NCBI RefSeq assembly: GCF_044647545.1
Contig: NZ_CP172818.1
Direction: 5' to 3' (one strand)
DNA from: Escherichia coli
GTDB lineage: Bacteria > Pseudomonadota > Gammaproteobacteria > Enterobacterales > Enterobacteriaceae
Length of the DNA stretch: 64,000 nt
Shown: positions 1-14,150 of the stretch, piece after piece
How positions within the stretch are numbered: the first letter of the stretch is position 1
Layout: every line of letters begins with the position of its first letter
Position numbers and translations under genes: made by a program
The notes under the pieces: generated by a model
Seen by the model: only the letters and a program-made list of their open reading frames with translations
The model's database searches: none
Told to the model about the DNA's origin: nothing

Positions 1-2739
<2,739 letters not shown>

Positions 2740-2831
2740 ACAACGCCGAAGGTGTTTTGGCGGATTGAGAGAAGATTTTCAGCCTGATACAGATTAAATC
2801 AGAACGCAGAAGCGGTCTGATAAACAGAATT

Positions 2832-2951
2832 TGCCTGGCGGCCTTAGCGCGGTGGTCCCACCTGACCCCATGCCGAACTCAGAAGTGAAACGCCGTAGCG
2901 CCGATGGTAGTGTGGGGTCTCCCCATGCGAGAGTAGGGACCACCTTTTTGC
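2832..2951 (+). rRNA. rrfA: 5S ribosomal RNA with aberrant 3' end (canonical sequence only to ~2939)
   Basis: TGCCTGGCGGCC...CCCCATGCGAGAGTAGGGA matches E. coli 5S, ~92 bp after the 23S end; last ~12 nt replaced by CCACCTTTTTGCG instead of ACTGCCAGGCAT. Confidence 0.8.
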
Positions 2952-3010
2952 GTTGGTGCGGAATAAATGCCGGATGCGACGCTGGCGCGTTTGCTCCAGC
3001 CTACTCTTGC

Positions 3011-3538
3011 TTATCCGTCCTGCTTTTGCATCCACTCCACCACAAAATCAGCCAGCCCCTCAACATCATTAATATCCAGTAACGCGACATCAAGATTAAG
3101 CGGCACATCACTGGCTACAACAATAACATGTCTGTCTATCACTAATTCTTCTGGTCGATGTCCGGTTCCATCGCGAAACAGCACAATCTTTGCGATCTCT
3201 TCATGCTTAAACCCTTCGACCAGAATCAAATCCAGCTTTGAAGCATCCATCCGGCTTGCGAGAAAATGCAGATCCAGTTCTTCTTCGTCTGGCGTTTCTG
3301 TCATCAAAGCCCATCGTTGCTGGCTGGCAACGATGGTTTGCGCCGCGCCAGCCTTGCGCAGCTCATAGCTATCTTTGCCCGGTTTATCAACATCCATATC
3401 ATGGTGCGTATGCTTAATCAGCCCCGGACGGATCCCTCTGGCGCATAATGCCGGGATCAGTTTTTTCAGCAGCGTCGTTTTTCCGGTGCCACTCCACGCG
3501 GCAAAGGCGAGTAACGGTATCATTGTCTTTCCTGCCAT
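3011..3538 (-). CDS. mobB: Molybdopterin-guanine dinucleotide biosynthesis adapter protein MobB
   Basis: 175 aa ORF with P-loop [12 protein letters not shown]; overlaps mobA start as in the mobAB operon. Confidence 0.9.
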   Translation of the reverse strand: MAGKTMIPLLAFAAWSGTGKTTLLKKLIPALCARGIRPGLIKHTHHDMDVDKPGKDSYELRKAGAAQTIVASQQRWALMTETPDEEELDLHFLASRMDASKLDLILVEGFKHEEIAKIVLFRDGTGHRPEELVIDRHVIVVASDVPLNLDVALLDINDVEGLADFVVEWMQKQDG

Positions 3539-4104
3539 CGGGCAAGCTCCTCTGGCGTATTCACGTTAACAAATGCATCTTTATGATCGCTGAAATCAAC
3601 CGCATGACCGCCAGCCTGACGCATAAATGCCATTACCCGGCGTTCTCCTGCTTGCAAATATTCTTGTAATAAAGGCTCAATAGCGCGGTTTACCAGAGCA
3701 ATAGTCGGGTGATCGCGTTCACCGTCGTGGACCCACACGACAGGCGCATCTTTGCGCTGATGATTAAGCCGGGCGGCTAAATCCTGGGGAATATAAGGCG
3801 TATCGCACGGACAAAACAAAAACCACTCACCCGCTTCCTGCTGCATTACTGAAAGCATTCCTGCCAGAGGGCCTGGGTAATCCGCCAGTGAATCTTCAAT
3901 CACTTTCAGACCGCTTGCCTGATAGATTTCCTGATGACGATTAGCATTAACCACGACGTGAGAGAGCTGCGTCATAAGCGCGTCAGCGACATGTTGCCAT
4001 AATGGTTTGCCGTTTAATTCAAGCAATCCTTTATCTACGCCGCCCATTCGTCTGGCTTTACCGCCTGCCAGCACAACGCCTGTTATCGTCGTCATCAGAT
4101 TCAC
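3520..4104 (-). CDS. mobA: Molybdenum cofactor guanylyltransferase MobA
   Basis: 194 aa [25 protein letters not shown]..., nucleotidyltransferase motif. Confidence 0.93.
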
Positions 4105-4173
4105 CGATATCGCCTCTTTTATTGTGGGATTGACCCTGCTAACGTGTCTGTCTCAAGAGTAAGGAGCATTACT

Positions 4174-4443
4174 ATGAAATGTAAACGTCTGAATGAAGTT
4201 ATTGAACTCCTCCAGCCAGCCTGGCAAAAAGAGCCAGACCTTAACCTGCTGCAATTTTTGCAGAAACTGGCGAAAGAGTCAGGTTTTGACGGCGAACTGG
4301 CGGATTTGACGGATGACATTCTGATCTATCACCTGAAAATGCGTGATTCCGCGAAAGATGCGGTGATTCCGGGTTTGCAGAAAGATTATGAAGAAGATTT
4401 CAAAACGGCGCTATTACGCGCACGTGGCGTAATTAAAGAGTAA
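4174..4443 (+). CDS. yihD: Conserved small protein YihD (DUF1040)
   Basis: 89 aa from [14 protein letters not shown]... inside ORF 4144..4443; synteny. Confidence 0.8.
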
Positions 4444-4519
4444 AAGCTTGTAAGCGGTGCCACCAAAATCATCATGAAATGATATCCTTCATCATTCGTA
4501 ATGTTTTCCGGATGATGGG

Positions 4520-5506
4520 ATGAACAACAGCGCTTTTACTTTCCAGACACTACACCCGGATACCATCATGGATGCTCTGTTTGAGCAAGGGATCCGGGTG
4601 GATTCCGGTCTTACCCCGCTTAACAGCTATGAAAACCGTGTCTATCAATTTCAGGACGAAGATCGTCGACGTTTTGTCGTCAAATTTTATCGTCCTGAAC
4701 GTTGGACAGCCGATCAAATCCTCGAAGAACATCAATTTGCGTTGCAGTTGGTAAATGATGAAGTTCCGGTCGCAGCACCTGTGGCCTTTAACGGTCAGAC
4801 TTTATTGAATCATCAGGGATTTTATTTCGCTGTTTTTCCAGGCGTCGGTGGTCGCCAGTTCGAAGCTGATAATATCGATCAGATGGAAGCGGTTGGGCGT
4901 TATTTAGGGCGTATGCACCAGACGGGGCGCAAACAGCTTTTTATCCATCGCCCGACCATCGGTCTGAATGAATATCTCATTGAGCCTCGCAAGCTGTTTG
5001 AGGACGCTACACTGATACCTTCCGGGTTGAAAGCGGCATTTCTGAAAGCGACAGATGAGCTGATCGCCGCCGTTACAGCACACTGGCGGGAAGATTTCAC
5101 CGTTCTGCGGCTACATGGAGACTGCCACGCTGGGAATATTCTCTGGCGCGATGGTCCAATGTTTGTTGATCTGGATGATGCACGTAATGGTCCGGCTATT
5201 CAGGATTTGTGGATGTTGCTCAATGGCGATAAAGCCGAGCAGCGGATGCAACTGGAAACTATTATTGAAGCTTATGAAGAATTTAGCGAGTTCGACACTG
5301 CTGAAATCGGACTGATTGAACCTTTACGCGCCATGCGTTTGGTTTATTATCTTGCCTGGCTAATGCGGCGTTGGGCTGATCCCGCGTTCCCGAAAAATTT
5401 CCCGTGGTTAACCGGGGAAGATTACTGGCTACGACAGACGGCGACTTTTATAGAACAGGCAAAAGTTCTACAAGAACCCCCTTTGCAATTAACACCTATG
5501 TATTAA
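4520..5506 (+). CDS. srkA: Stress response Ser/Thr kinase SrkA (RdoA/YihE)
   Basis: 328 aa ORF, kinase-like catalytic region HGDCHAGNILW..DLDD; upstream of dsbA. Confidence 0.9.
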   Translation: MNNSAFTFQTLHPDTIMDALFEQGIRVDSGLTPLNSYENRVYQFQDEDRRRFVVKFYRPERWTADQILEEHQFALQLVNDEVPVAAPVAFNGQTLLNHQGFYFAVFPGVGGRQFEADNIDQMEAVGRYLGRMHQTGRKQLFIHRPTIGLNEYLIEPRKLFEDATLIPSGLKAAFLKATDELIAAVTAHWREDFTVLRLHGDCHAGNILWRDGPMFVDLDDARNGPAIQDLWMLLNGDKAEQRMQLETIIEAYEEFSEFDTAEIGLIEPLRAMRLVYYLAWLMRRWADPAFPKNFPWLTGEDYWLRQTATFIEQAKVLQEPPLQLTPMY

Positions 5507-5522
5507 TCGGAGAGAGTAGATC

Positions 5523-6149
5523 ATGAAAAAGATTTGGCTGGCGCTGGCTGGTTTAGTTTTAGCGTTTAGCGCATCGGCGGCGCAGTATGAAGATGGTAAA
5601 CAGTACACTACCCTGGAAAAACCAGTTGCTGGCGCGCCGCAAGTGCTGGAGTTTTTCTCTTTCTTCTGCCCGCACTGCTATCAGTTTGAAGAAGTTCTGC
5701 ATATTTCTGATAACGTGAAGAAAAAACTGCCGGAAGGCGTGAAGATGACTAAATACCACGTCAACTTCATGGGTGGTGACCTGGGCAAAGATCTGACTCA
5801 GGCATGGGCAGTGGCGATGGCACTGGGCGTGGAAGACAAAGTCACTGTTCCGCTGTTTGAAGGCGTACAGAAAACCCAGACCATTCGTTCAGCATCTGAT
5901 ATCCGCGATGTATTTATCAACGCAGGTATTAAAGGTGAAGAGTACGACGCGGCGTGGAACAGCTTCGTGGTGAAATCCCTGGTCGCTCAGCAGGAAAAAG
6001 CTGCAGCTGACGTGCAATTGCGTGGCGTTCCGGCGATGTTTGTTAACGGTAAATATCAGCTGAATCCGCAGGGTATGGATACCAGCAATATGGATGTTTT
6101 TGTTCAGCAGTATGCTGATACTGTGAAATATCTGTCCGAGAAAAAATAA
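5523..6149 (+). CDS. dsbA: Periplasmic thiol:disulfide oxidoreductase DsbA
   Basis: 208 aa, signal peptide [19 protein letters not shown], active site CPHC. Confidence 0.96.
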
Positions 6150-6167
6150 TTCAATGTAAATTACATA

Positions 6168-6197
6168 AAGCCCGTGAATATTCACGGGCTTTTTTTA
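6168..6197 (+). terminator. Rho-independent terminator downstream of dsbA
   Basis: Hairpin AAAGCCCGTGAATATTCACGGGC followed by TTTTTTT. Confidence 0.65.
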
Positions 6198-6261
6198 TTA
6201 TTTAATAAATATAAATACATTCTGATAATGCATCCCGCCGCTGGACATTATTTCAGCATAA

Positions 6262-7734
6262 GTGGATATTCAAAGCTTTGCTGTTTTATCAGGGAATATT
6301 TATATGATACGTAAGTCAGCTACAGGTGTTATTGTTGCGTTAGCCGTAATCTGGGGTGGTGGCACATGGTACACAGGTACGCAAATTCAGCCTGGTGTCG
6401 AAAAGTTTATTAAAGATTTTAACGATGCTAAAAAGAAAGGTGAACATGCCTACGATATGACGTTAAGTTATAAAAACTTTGACAAAGGCTTTTTTAATTC
6501 TCATTTTCAAATGCAAATAACATTTGATAACGGTGCACCCGATCTCAATATCAAGCCAGGCCAGAAAGTTGCATTTGATGTGGATGTTGAGCACGGTCCG
6601 TTGCCCATCACAATGTTAATGCGTGGTAATGTCATCCCCGCACTGGCAGCGGCAAAAGTGAACTTAGTGAATAATGAACTGACACAACCGCTATTTATCG
6701 CCGCAAAAAATAAATCGCCCGTGGAAGCGACATTGCGATTCGCGTTTGGTGGCTCATTCTCCACGACATTAGATGTTGCCCCTGCAAAATATGGAAAGTT
6801 TTCTTTTGGTGAGGGCCAGTTTACTTTTAATGGTGATGGTAGTTCATTGTCTAACCTGGATAGTGAAGGCAAAGTCGAAGATATTGTTCTGCAATTTTCA
6901 CCAATGAACAAAGTAACGGCGAAAAGTTTTACCTTTGATTCTCTGACACGATTAGAAGAAAAGAAATTTCCGGTTGGTGAAAGCGAGTCGAAATTTAATC
7001 AGGTTAATATTATCAACCAGGGGGAAGTCGTTGCCCAAATCGATGCTTTCGTTGCAAAAACCAGGCTGGATCGCGTTAAAGACAAAGATTATATCAATGT
7101 CAATCTGACCTACGAACTTGATAAGTTAATAAAAGGGAATCAGCAACTCGGTAGTGGTGAGTGGTCATTGATTGCTGAATCTATTGATCCATCAGCGGTG
7201 CGCCAATTTATCATCCAGTATAACATTGCGATGCAGAAGCAGCTTGCTGCACACCCTGAGTTAGCAAACGATGAAGTTGCTCTGCAAGAAGTGAATGCTG
7301 CATTGTTCAAAGAGTATTTACCGTTATTACAAAAAAGTGAGCCGACCATTAAACAACCGGTAAGATGGAAGAACGCACTCGGCGAACTAAATGCCAATCT
7401 GGATATCAGTATTGCCGACCCAGCCAAATCTTCATCATCCACAAACAAAGATATCAAATCGCTCAATTTTGATGTGAAGTTACCGCTTAATGTCGTCACA
7501 GAAACCGCAAAACAGCTTAATTTATCTGAAGGAATGGATGCGGAAAAAGCGCAAAAGCAGGCTGATAAACAAATCAGCGGGATGATGACATTAGGTCAGA
7601 TGTTTCAGTTAATCACGATTGACAACAATACCGCCTCGCTGCAGCTGCGTTATACACCGGGTAAAGTTGTTTTTAACGGACAGGAGATGAGCGAAGAAGA
7701 ATTTATGTCTCGTGCCGGACGTTTTGTTCATTAA
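6262..7734 (+). CDS. yihF: DUF945 family protein YihF (true start may be the internal Met at ~6304)
   Basis: 490 aa ORF with N-terminal hydrophobic segment; synteny dsbA-yihF-yihG. Confidence 0.8.
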   Translation: MDIQSFAVLSGNIYMIRKSATGVIVALAVIWGGGTWYTGTQIQPGVEKFIKDFNDAKKKGEHAYDMTLSYKNFDKGFFNSHFQMQITFDNGAPDLNIKPGQKVAFDVDVEHGPLPITMLMRGNVIPALAAAKVNLVNNELTQPLFIAAKNKSPVEATLRFAFGGSFSTTLDVAPAKYGKFSFGEGQFTFNGDGSSLSNLDSEGKVEDIVLQFSPMNKVTAKSFTFDSLTRLEEKKFPVGESESKFNQVNIINQGEVVAQIDAFVAKTRLDRVKDKDYINVNLTYELDKLIKGNQQLGSGEWSLIAESIDPSAVRQFIIQYNIAMQKQLAAHPELANDEVALQEVNAALFKEYLPLLQKSEPTIKQPVRWKNALGELNANLDISIADPAKSSSSTNKDIKSLNFDVKLPLNVVTETAKQLNLSEGMDAEKAQKQADKQISGMMTLGQMFQLITIDNNTASLQLRYTPGKVVFNGQEMSEEEFMSRAGRFVH

Positions 7735-7774
7735 AATACTCACTCGCCTCTGCTCATTCAGAGGCGAGTAAAAC

Positions 7775-8731
7775 TTACTTTTCCTGCCGCTGTGATGACA
7801 TGAGAGACGTCAGAAGCCGGTCTTTTTCCTGCCACAATGAGTTCAGCCATTGCTGAAAATGGCGCTTAAAGCTTTTGTCATTGATGTAGTCGCCATGTAA
7901 CTCATCGGCAATAGGCTGTAAATCCACATGTACGACAATTCGCGTCAGTTTACCGCTTAACATATCGAAGAACGGCTGACGGTTATTGTCCGGATAACAC
8001 AGCGTAACATTAAGCAGTTTATCGAATTGTTTACCCAGTACATTTAGCGCCATCGCAATGCCTGCCGCCTTTGGTGGCAACAAGTTTTGAAAAGTGGAGT
8101 GGGTTTGCTGATGTTTTTCTTGCGTGAAACGGGAGCCTTCAACGAAATTGACAATGGTGGTGGGATGCAGGCGAAACTTTTCACAAGAACGCCGAGTGGT
8201 TTCAACATCTTTACCACGTCGCTCCGGATGACGTAATAAATAAGCGCGGGAATAACGCTTCATAAACGGCATATCCAGCGCCCAGCACGCCAGGCCAAGA
8301 AATGGCACCCAGGCCAGCTGTTGCTTGAGGAAATATTTATTCATCGGAATGTGCTTACGAAACAGCACGCACAGTACGACAATATCTGCCCAACTACGGT
8401 GGTTACAAATAAGCAGATACCAGTTCTTCTTACTTAACCCTTCCAGCCCGTGAACTTCCCATTGCAGGTGTGGGTTCAGATGCAGTAATACCGCCAGACC
8501 TTCACACCAGCAATACATCATAAAATCACAAAAACGCGAAACCTTTCGCCAAATGACTGGCACAGGTAGCAATAGTTTTACAATCCCGGCAATGATGATC
8601 GGGACGGAGCAAAAAATAGTGACCAAAATGGTCAATACGATACTCAGCAAAAGGGTTATCGCAGCGAGTATTCTCGTCATAATGAATTTATTCAAAAGGT
8701 TAGCCATAGACAGTGCGCTAAAGGAGCGCAA
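7775..8731 (-). CDS. yihG: PlsC-family acyltransferase YihG (true start may be internal, ~8707)
   Basis: 318 aa ORF with acyltransferase H(X)4D-like motif NHRSWAD; membrane N-terminus. Confidence 0.8.
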   Translation of the reverse strand: MRSFSALSMANLLNKFIMTRILAAITLLLSIVLTILVTIFCSVPIIIAGIVKLLLPVPVIWRKVSRFCDFMMYCWCEGLAVLLHLNPHLQWEVHGLEGLSKKNWYLLICNHRSWADIVVLCVLFRKHIPMNKYFLKQQLAWVPFLGLACWALDMPFMKRYSRAYLLRHPERRGKDVETTRRSCEKFRLHPTTIVNFVEGSRFTQEKHQQTHSTFQNLLPPKAAGIAMALNVLGKQFDKLLNVTLCYPDNNRQPFFDMLSGKLTRIVVHVDLQPIADELHGDYINDKSFKRHFQQWLNSLWQEKDRLLTSLMSSQRQEK

Positions 8732-9070
8732 GGCGCAGATTTTAGCAGAAAACGCCCCAAATAACGGATGATCCTTAAGGAGAAAAATAATTCATATCTA
8801 TCCACATTAGAAAAAATCCCATTATCTCAATTATTAGGGATGGCTTTATTTTTAACTACATGAAAAACAAAGACAAACATCATGCTGTAAAAAGCATGAT
8901 AATAAATTAAAAGTGATGTAAATAATTTATGCACAAAGTTATCCACATGACGATTTGCGAGCGATCCAGAAGATCTACAAAAGATTTTCACGAAAAGCGG
9001 TGAAAAACTCATGTTTTCATCCTGTCTGTGGCATCCTTTACCCATAATCTGATAAACAGGCACGGACATT

Positions 9071-11857
9071 ATGGTTCAGATCCCCCAAAATCCACTTATC
9101 CTTGTAGATGGTTCATCTTATCTTTATCGCGCATATCACGCGTTTCCCCCGCTGACTAACAGCGCAGGCGAGCCGACTGGTGCGATGTATGGTGTCCTCA
9201 ACATGCTGCGCAGTCTGATCATGCAATATAAACCGACGCATGCAGCGGTGGTCTTTGACGCCAAGGGAAAAACCTTTCGTGATGAACTGTTTGAACATTA
9301 CAAATCACATCGCCCGCCAATGCCGGACGATCTGCGAGCACAAATCGAACCTCTGCACGCGATGGTTAAAGCGATGGGACTGCCGCTGCTGGCGGTTTCT
9401 GGCGTAGAAGCGGACGACGTTATTGGTACTCTGGCGCGCGAAGCCGAAAAAGCCGGGCGTCCGGTGCTGATCAGCACTGGCGATAAAGATATGGCGCAGC
9501 TGGTGACACCAAATATCACGCTTATCAACACCATGACGAATACCATCCTCGGACCGGAAGAGGTGGTGAATAAGTACGGCGTGCCGCCAGAACTGATCAT
9601 CGATTTCCTGGCGCTGATGGGTGACTCCTCTGATAACATTCCTGGCGTACCGGGCGTCGGTGAAAAAACCGCGCAGGCATTGCTGCAAGGTCTTGGCGGA
9701 CTGGATACGCTGTATGCCGAGCCAGAAAAAATTGCTGGGTTGAGCTTCCGTGGCGCGAAAACAATGGCAGCGAAGCTCGAGCAAAACAAAGAAGTTGCTT
9801 ATCTCTCATACCAGCTGGCGACGATTAAAACCGACGTTGAACTGGAGCTGACCTGTGAACAACTGGAAGTGCAGCCACCGGCGGCGGAAGAGTTGTTAGG
9901 GCTGTTCAAAAAGTATGAGTTCAAACGCTGGACTGCTGATGTCGAAGCGGGCAAATGGCTACAGGCCAAAGGGGCGAAACCCGCAGCCAAGCCGCAGGAA
10001 ACCAGTGTTGCAGACGAAGCGCCAGAAGTGACGGCAACGGTGATTTCTTATGACAACTACGTCACCATCCTTGATGAAGAAACACTGAAAGAGTGGATTG
10101 CGAAGCTGGAAAAAGCGCCGGTATTTGCATTTGATACCGAAACCGACAGCCTTGATAACATCTCTGCTAACCTGGTCGGGCTTTCTTTTGCTATCGAGCC
10201 AGGCGTAGCGGCATATATTCCGGTTGCTCATGATTATCTTGATGCGCCCGATCAAATCTCTCGCGAGCGTGCACTCGAGTTGCTAAAACCGCTGCTGGAA
10301 GATGAAAAGGCGCTGAAGGTCGGGCAAAACCTGAAATACGATCGCGGTATTCTGGCGAACTACGGCATTGAACTACGTGGGATTGCGTTTGATACCATGC
10401 TGGAGTCCTACATTCTCAATAGCGTTGCCGGGCGTCACGATATGGACAGCCTCGCGGAACGTTGGTTGAAGCACAAAACCATCACTTTTGAAGAGATTGC
10501 GGGTAAAGGCAAAAATCAACTGACCTTTAACCAGATTGCCCTCGAAGAAGCCGGACGTTACGCCGCCGAAGATGCAGATGTCACCTTGCAGTTGCATCTG
10601 AAAATGTGGCCGGATCTGCAAAAACACAAAGGGCCGTTGAACGTCTTCGAGAATATCGAAATGCCGCTGGTGCCGGTGCTTTCACGCATTGAACGTAACG
10701 GTGTGAAGATCGATCCGAAAGTACTGCACAATCACTCTGAAGAGCTCACCTTGCGTCTGGCTGAGCTGGAAAAGAAAGCGCATGAAATTGCAGGTGAAGA
10801 ATTTAACCTTTCTTCCACCAAGCAGTTACAAACCATTCTGTTTGAAAAACAGGGCATTAAACCGCTGAAGAAAACGCCGGGTGGCGCGCCGTCAACGTCG
10901 GAAGAGGTACTGGAAGAACTGGCGCTGGACTATCCGTTGCCAAAAGTGATTCTGGAGTATCGTGGTCTGGCGAAGCTGAAATCGACCTACACCGACAAGC
11001 TGCCGCTGATGATCAACCCGAAAACCGGGCGTGTACATACCTCTTATCACCAGGCAGTAACCGCAACGGGACGTTTATCGTCAACCGATCCTAACCTGCA
11101 AAACATTCCGGTGCGTAATGAAGAAGGTCGTCGTATCCGCCAGGCGTTTATTGCGCCAGAGGATTATGTGATTGTCTCGGCGGACTACTCGCAGATTGAA
11201 CTGCGCATTATGGCGCATCTCTCGCGTGACAAAGGCTTGCTGACCGCATTCGCGGAAGGAAAAGATATCCACCGGGCTACGGCGGCAGAAGTGTTTGGTT
11301 TGCCACTGGAAACCGTAACCAGCGAGCAACGCCGTAGCGCGAAAGCGATCAACTTTGGTCTGATTTATGGCATGAGTGCTTTCGGCCTGGCGCGGCAATT
11401 GAACATTCCACGTAAAGAAGCGCAGAAGTACATGGACCTTTACTTCGAACGCTACCCTGGCGTGCTGGAGTATATGGAACGCACCCGTGCTCAGGCGAAA
11501 GAGCAGGGCTACGTTGAAACGCTGGACGGACGCCGTCTGTATCTGCCGGATATCAAATCCAGCAATGGTGCTCGTCGTGCAGCGGCTGAACGTGCAGCCA
11601 TTAACGCGCCAATGCAGGGAACCGCCGCCGACATTATCAAACGGGCGATGATTGCCGTTGATGCGTGGCTACAGGCTGAGCAACCGCGTGTACGTATGAT
11701 CATGCAGGTACACGATGAACTGGTATTTGAAGTTCATAAAGATGATGTCGATGCCGTCGCGAAGCAGATTCATCAACTGATGGAAAACTGTACCCGTCTG
11801 GATGTGCCGTTGCTGGTGGAAGTGGGGAGTGGCGAAAACTGGGATCAGGCGCACTAA
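9071..11857 (+). CDS. polA: DNA polymerase I
   Basis: 928 aa ORF; 5'-3' exonuclease, 3'-5' exonuclease and polymerase regions ([23 protein letters not shown]) recognisable. Confidence 0.97.
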   Translation: MVQIPQNPLILVDGSSYLYRAYHAFPPLTNSAGEPTGAMYGVLNMLRSLIMQYKPTHAAVVFDAKGKTFRDELFEHYKSHRPPMPDDLRAQIEPLHAMVKAMGLPLLAVSGVEADDVIGTLAREAEKAGRPVLISTGDKDMAQLVTPNITLINTMTNTILGPEEVVNKYGVPPELIIDFLALMGDSSDNIPGVPGVGEKTAQALLQGLGGLDTLYAEPEKIAGLSFRGAKTMAAKLEQNKEVAYLSYQLATIKTDVELELTCEQLEVQPPAAEELLGLFKKYEFKRWTADVEAGKWLQAKGAKPAAKPQETSVADEAPEVTATVISYDNYVTILDEETLKEWIAKLEKAPVFAFDTETDSLDNISANLVGLSFAIEPGVAAYIPVAHDYLDAPDQISRERALELLKPLLEDEKALKVGQNLKYDRGILANYGIELRGIAFDTMLESYILNSVAGRHDMDSLAERWLKHKTITFEEIAGKGKNQLTFNQIALEEAGRYAAEDADVTLQLHLKMWPDLQKHKGPLNVFENIEMPLVPVLSRIERNGVKIDPKVLHNHSEELTLRLAELEKKAHEIAGEEFNLSSTKQLQTILFEKQGIKPLKKTPGGAPSTSEEVLEELALDYPLPKVILEYRGLAKLKSTYTDKLPLMINPKTGRVHTSYHQAVTATGRLSSTDPNLQNIPVRNEEGRRIRQAFIAPEDYVIVSADYSQIELRIMAHLSRDKGLLTAFAEGKDIHRATAAEVFGLPLETVTSEQRRSAKAINFGLIYGMSAFGLARQLNIPRKEAQKYMDLYFERYPGVLEYMERTRAQAKEQGYVETLDGRRLYLPDIKSSNGARRAAAERAAINAPMQGTAADIIKRAMIAVDAWLQAEQPRVRMIMQVHDELVFEVHKDDVDAVAKQIHQLMENCTRLDVPLLVEVGSGENWDQAH

Positions 11858-12004
11858 GATTCGCCTGAACATGCCCTTTTTTCGTAAGTAAGCAACATAA
11901 GCTGTCACGTTTTGTGATGGCTATTAGAAATTCCTATGCAACAACTGAAAAAAAATTACAAAAAATGCTTTCTGAACTGAACAAAAAAGAGTAAAGTTAG
12001 TCGC

Positions 12005-12113
12005 GTAGGGTACAGAGGTAAGATGTTCTATCTTTCAGACCTTTTACTTCACGTAATCGGATTTGGCTGAATATTTTAGCCGCCCCAGTCAGTAATGACT
12101 GGGGCGTTTTTTA
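12005..12113 (+). ncRNA. spf: Spot 42 small regulatory RNA
   Basis: Matches GTAGGGTACAGAGGTAAGATGTTCTATCTTTCAGACC...CCCCAGTCAGTAATGACTGGGGCGTTTTTTA with intrinsic terminator; located between polA and engB. Confidence 0.9.
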
Positions 12114-12138
12114 TTGGGCGAAAGAAAAGATCCGTAAT

Positions 12139-12218
12139 GCCTGATGCGCCATGTTTATCAGGCCAACGGTAGAAGTGTAATCTATTGAATTTACTGGCCG
12201 GATACGCCACATCCGGCA
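12139..12218. repeat. REP (repetitive extragenic palindromic) element(s)
   Basis: GCCTGATGCGCC...TATCAGGCC and GCCGGATACGCCACATCCGGCA palindromic units. Confidence 0.6.
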
Positions 12219-12238
12219 CAAGCATTAAGGCAAGAAAA

Positions 12239-12871
12239 TTATTCGCCGTCCTGCGTTTCTTCTACAGGCTGCATCTCGCTAAACCAGGTATCCAGTTTCT
12301 GCCGCAGCTTGTCCACGCCTTGTTTCTTCAGTGAAGAGAAGGTTTCAACCTGCACATCACCGTTAAACGCCAGCACCGCTTCACGCACCATATTCAATTG
12401 CGCTTTACGTGCGCCGCTTGCCAGTTTGTCCGCTTTGGTCAGCAGCACCAGCACGGCGATATTGCTGTCTACCGCCCACTCAATCATCTGCTGATCCAAA
12501 TCTTTCAGCGGATGGCGAATATCCATTAGCACCACCAGACCTTGCAGGCTCTGACGTTTTTCGAGGTACTCGCCGAGCGCGCGCTGCCATTTGCGCTTCA
12601 TCTCTTCCGGGACTTCCGCATAACCGTACCCAGGCAAGTCAACCAGACGCTTGCCGTCAGCCACTTCAAACAGGTTGATAAGCTGGGTGCGCCCTGGGGT
12701 TTTTGAGGTCCGCGCCAGGCTTTTCTGGTTAGTCAGCGTGTTCAGCGCGCTGGATTTACCTGCGTTGGAACGGCCTGCAAAAGCCACTTCAATTCCGGTA
12801 TCGGAAGGTAGGTGGCGAATATCAGGCGCACTCATCACAAAATGCGTCTGTTGATAATTCAAATTAGTCAA
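12239..12871 (-). CDS. engB: Ribosome biogenesis GTP-binding protein EngB (YihA)
   Basis: 210 aa ORF with G1 motif GRSNAGKSS and G4 motif TKADK. Confidence 0.92.
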
Positions 12872-13141
12872 AGCGGTCGTCTCCGTCAGTCAAAGCTTTG
12901 CGGCGATTATACCTGAACCATAATAAAAGGCGGATTTTTCGGCGTGAGCGTTGTAAGTAAAAGCCATACGCTTTGTGAGACATTGCCGATAGTCTTTATG
13001 CGAAATAGCAGAGAAAATTCTGCGATGCATGTCAAATAAGCTATATAAATCAGTTAATTGCTTTTATATAAAACTCTGAAAATGTGCAAATACTGATGGC
13101 GGTTGATTGTTTGTTTAAAGCAAAGGCGTAAAGTAGCACCC

Positions 13142-13385
13142 ATAGAGCGAGGACGCTAACAGGAACAATGACTCAGGATGAGGGTCAGGAGCGCCAGGAG
13201 GCGAAGACAGAGGATTGTCAGGAAGACAAACGTCCGGAGACGTAATTAAACGGAAATGGAATCAACACGGATTGTTCCGGCTAATGGAAAAACAGGGTGT
13301 GTTGGCGGCCTGCAAGGATTGTAAGACCCGTTAAGGGTTATGAGTCAGGAAAAAAGGCGACAGAGTAATCTGTCGCCTTTTTTCT
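13142..13385 (+). ncRNA. csrC: CsrC small RNA (CsrA-sequestering)
   Basis: ATAGAGCGAGGACGCTAACAGGAACAATGACTCAGGATGAGGGTCAGGAGCGCCAGGAGG... with multiple GGA motifs and terminal hairpin GGCGACAGAGTAATCTGTCGCCTTTTTT; between engB and yihI. Confidence 0.85.
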
Positions 13386-13452
13386 TTGCTTGCTTTCTGT
13401 TAGATTCCGCCGCAAATCTATACTGAATAAAACGGCTAAAAGACGAACCATT

Positions 13453-13962
13453 ATGAAACCATCATCTTCAAACTCACGCAGCAAAGGTCATGCAAAAGCG
13501 CGTCGAAAAACACGCGAGGAGCTGGATCAGGAAGCTCGTGACCGTAAGCGTCAGAAAAAACGTCGTGGTCATGCGCCGGGCAGCCGCGCAGCGGGCGGTA
13601 ACACCTCGTCAGGCAGCAAAGGCCAGAACGCACCAAAAGATCCACGTATTGGCAGTAAAACCCCTATTCCATTGGGCGTGACTGAAAAAGTCACCAAACA
13701 GCACAAACCGAAGAGTGAGAAACCTATGCTTTCACCGCAGGCGGAGTTGGAATTACTGGAAACGGATGAGCGTCTGGATGCGCTGCTGGAACGTCTGGAA
13801 GCAGGCGAAACCCTGAGCGCCGAAGAGCAATCCTGGGTGGATGCTAAACTGGATCGTATTGATGAGTTGATGCAGAAACTCGGCCTCTCTTATGACGATG
13901 ACGAAGAAGAGGAAGAAGACGAGAAGCAAGAAGACATGATGCGTCTGCTGCGGGGCAACTAA
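13453..13962 (+). CDS. yihI: Der GTPase-activating protein YihI
   Basis: 169 aa from [23 protein letters not shown]..., basic N-terminus and acidic C-terminus; inside ORF 13390..13962. Confidence 0.85.
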
Positions 13963-14150
13963 CGGATTGCCGCCGTGGGCCTTCCCGTTCTGCTGATAAC
14001 CCTTCCGGTTATATGTTATCTGGTGTGGTTATTCGTTAAACTACAGCGGTTGTCGCGGCGACAAAAGTGGCTGCGCAACCGGCTGATGACCCGAAACGGG
14101 CATCCGCCGGTACGCCGTAGCCGCCAGAGACGCCATCGGAAGGAGTGAGC

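Noticed and set aside
8827-9069. 80 aa ORF on the minus strand in the yihG-polA intergenic region
   Set aside because: AT-rich promoter region; product has no recognisable features and the ORF ends at the polA start; likely spurious.
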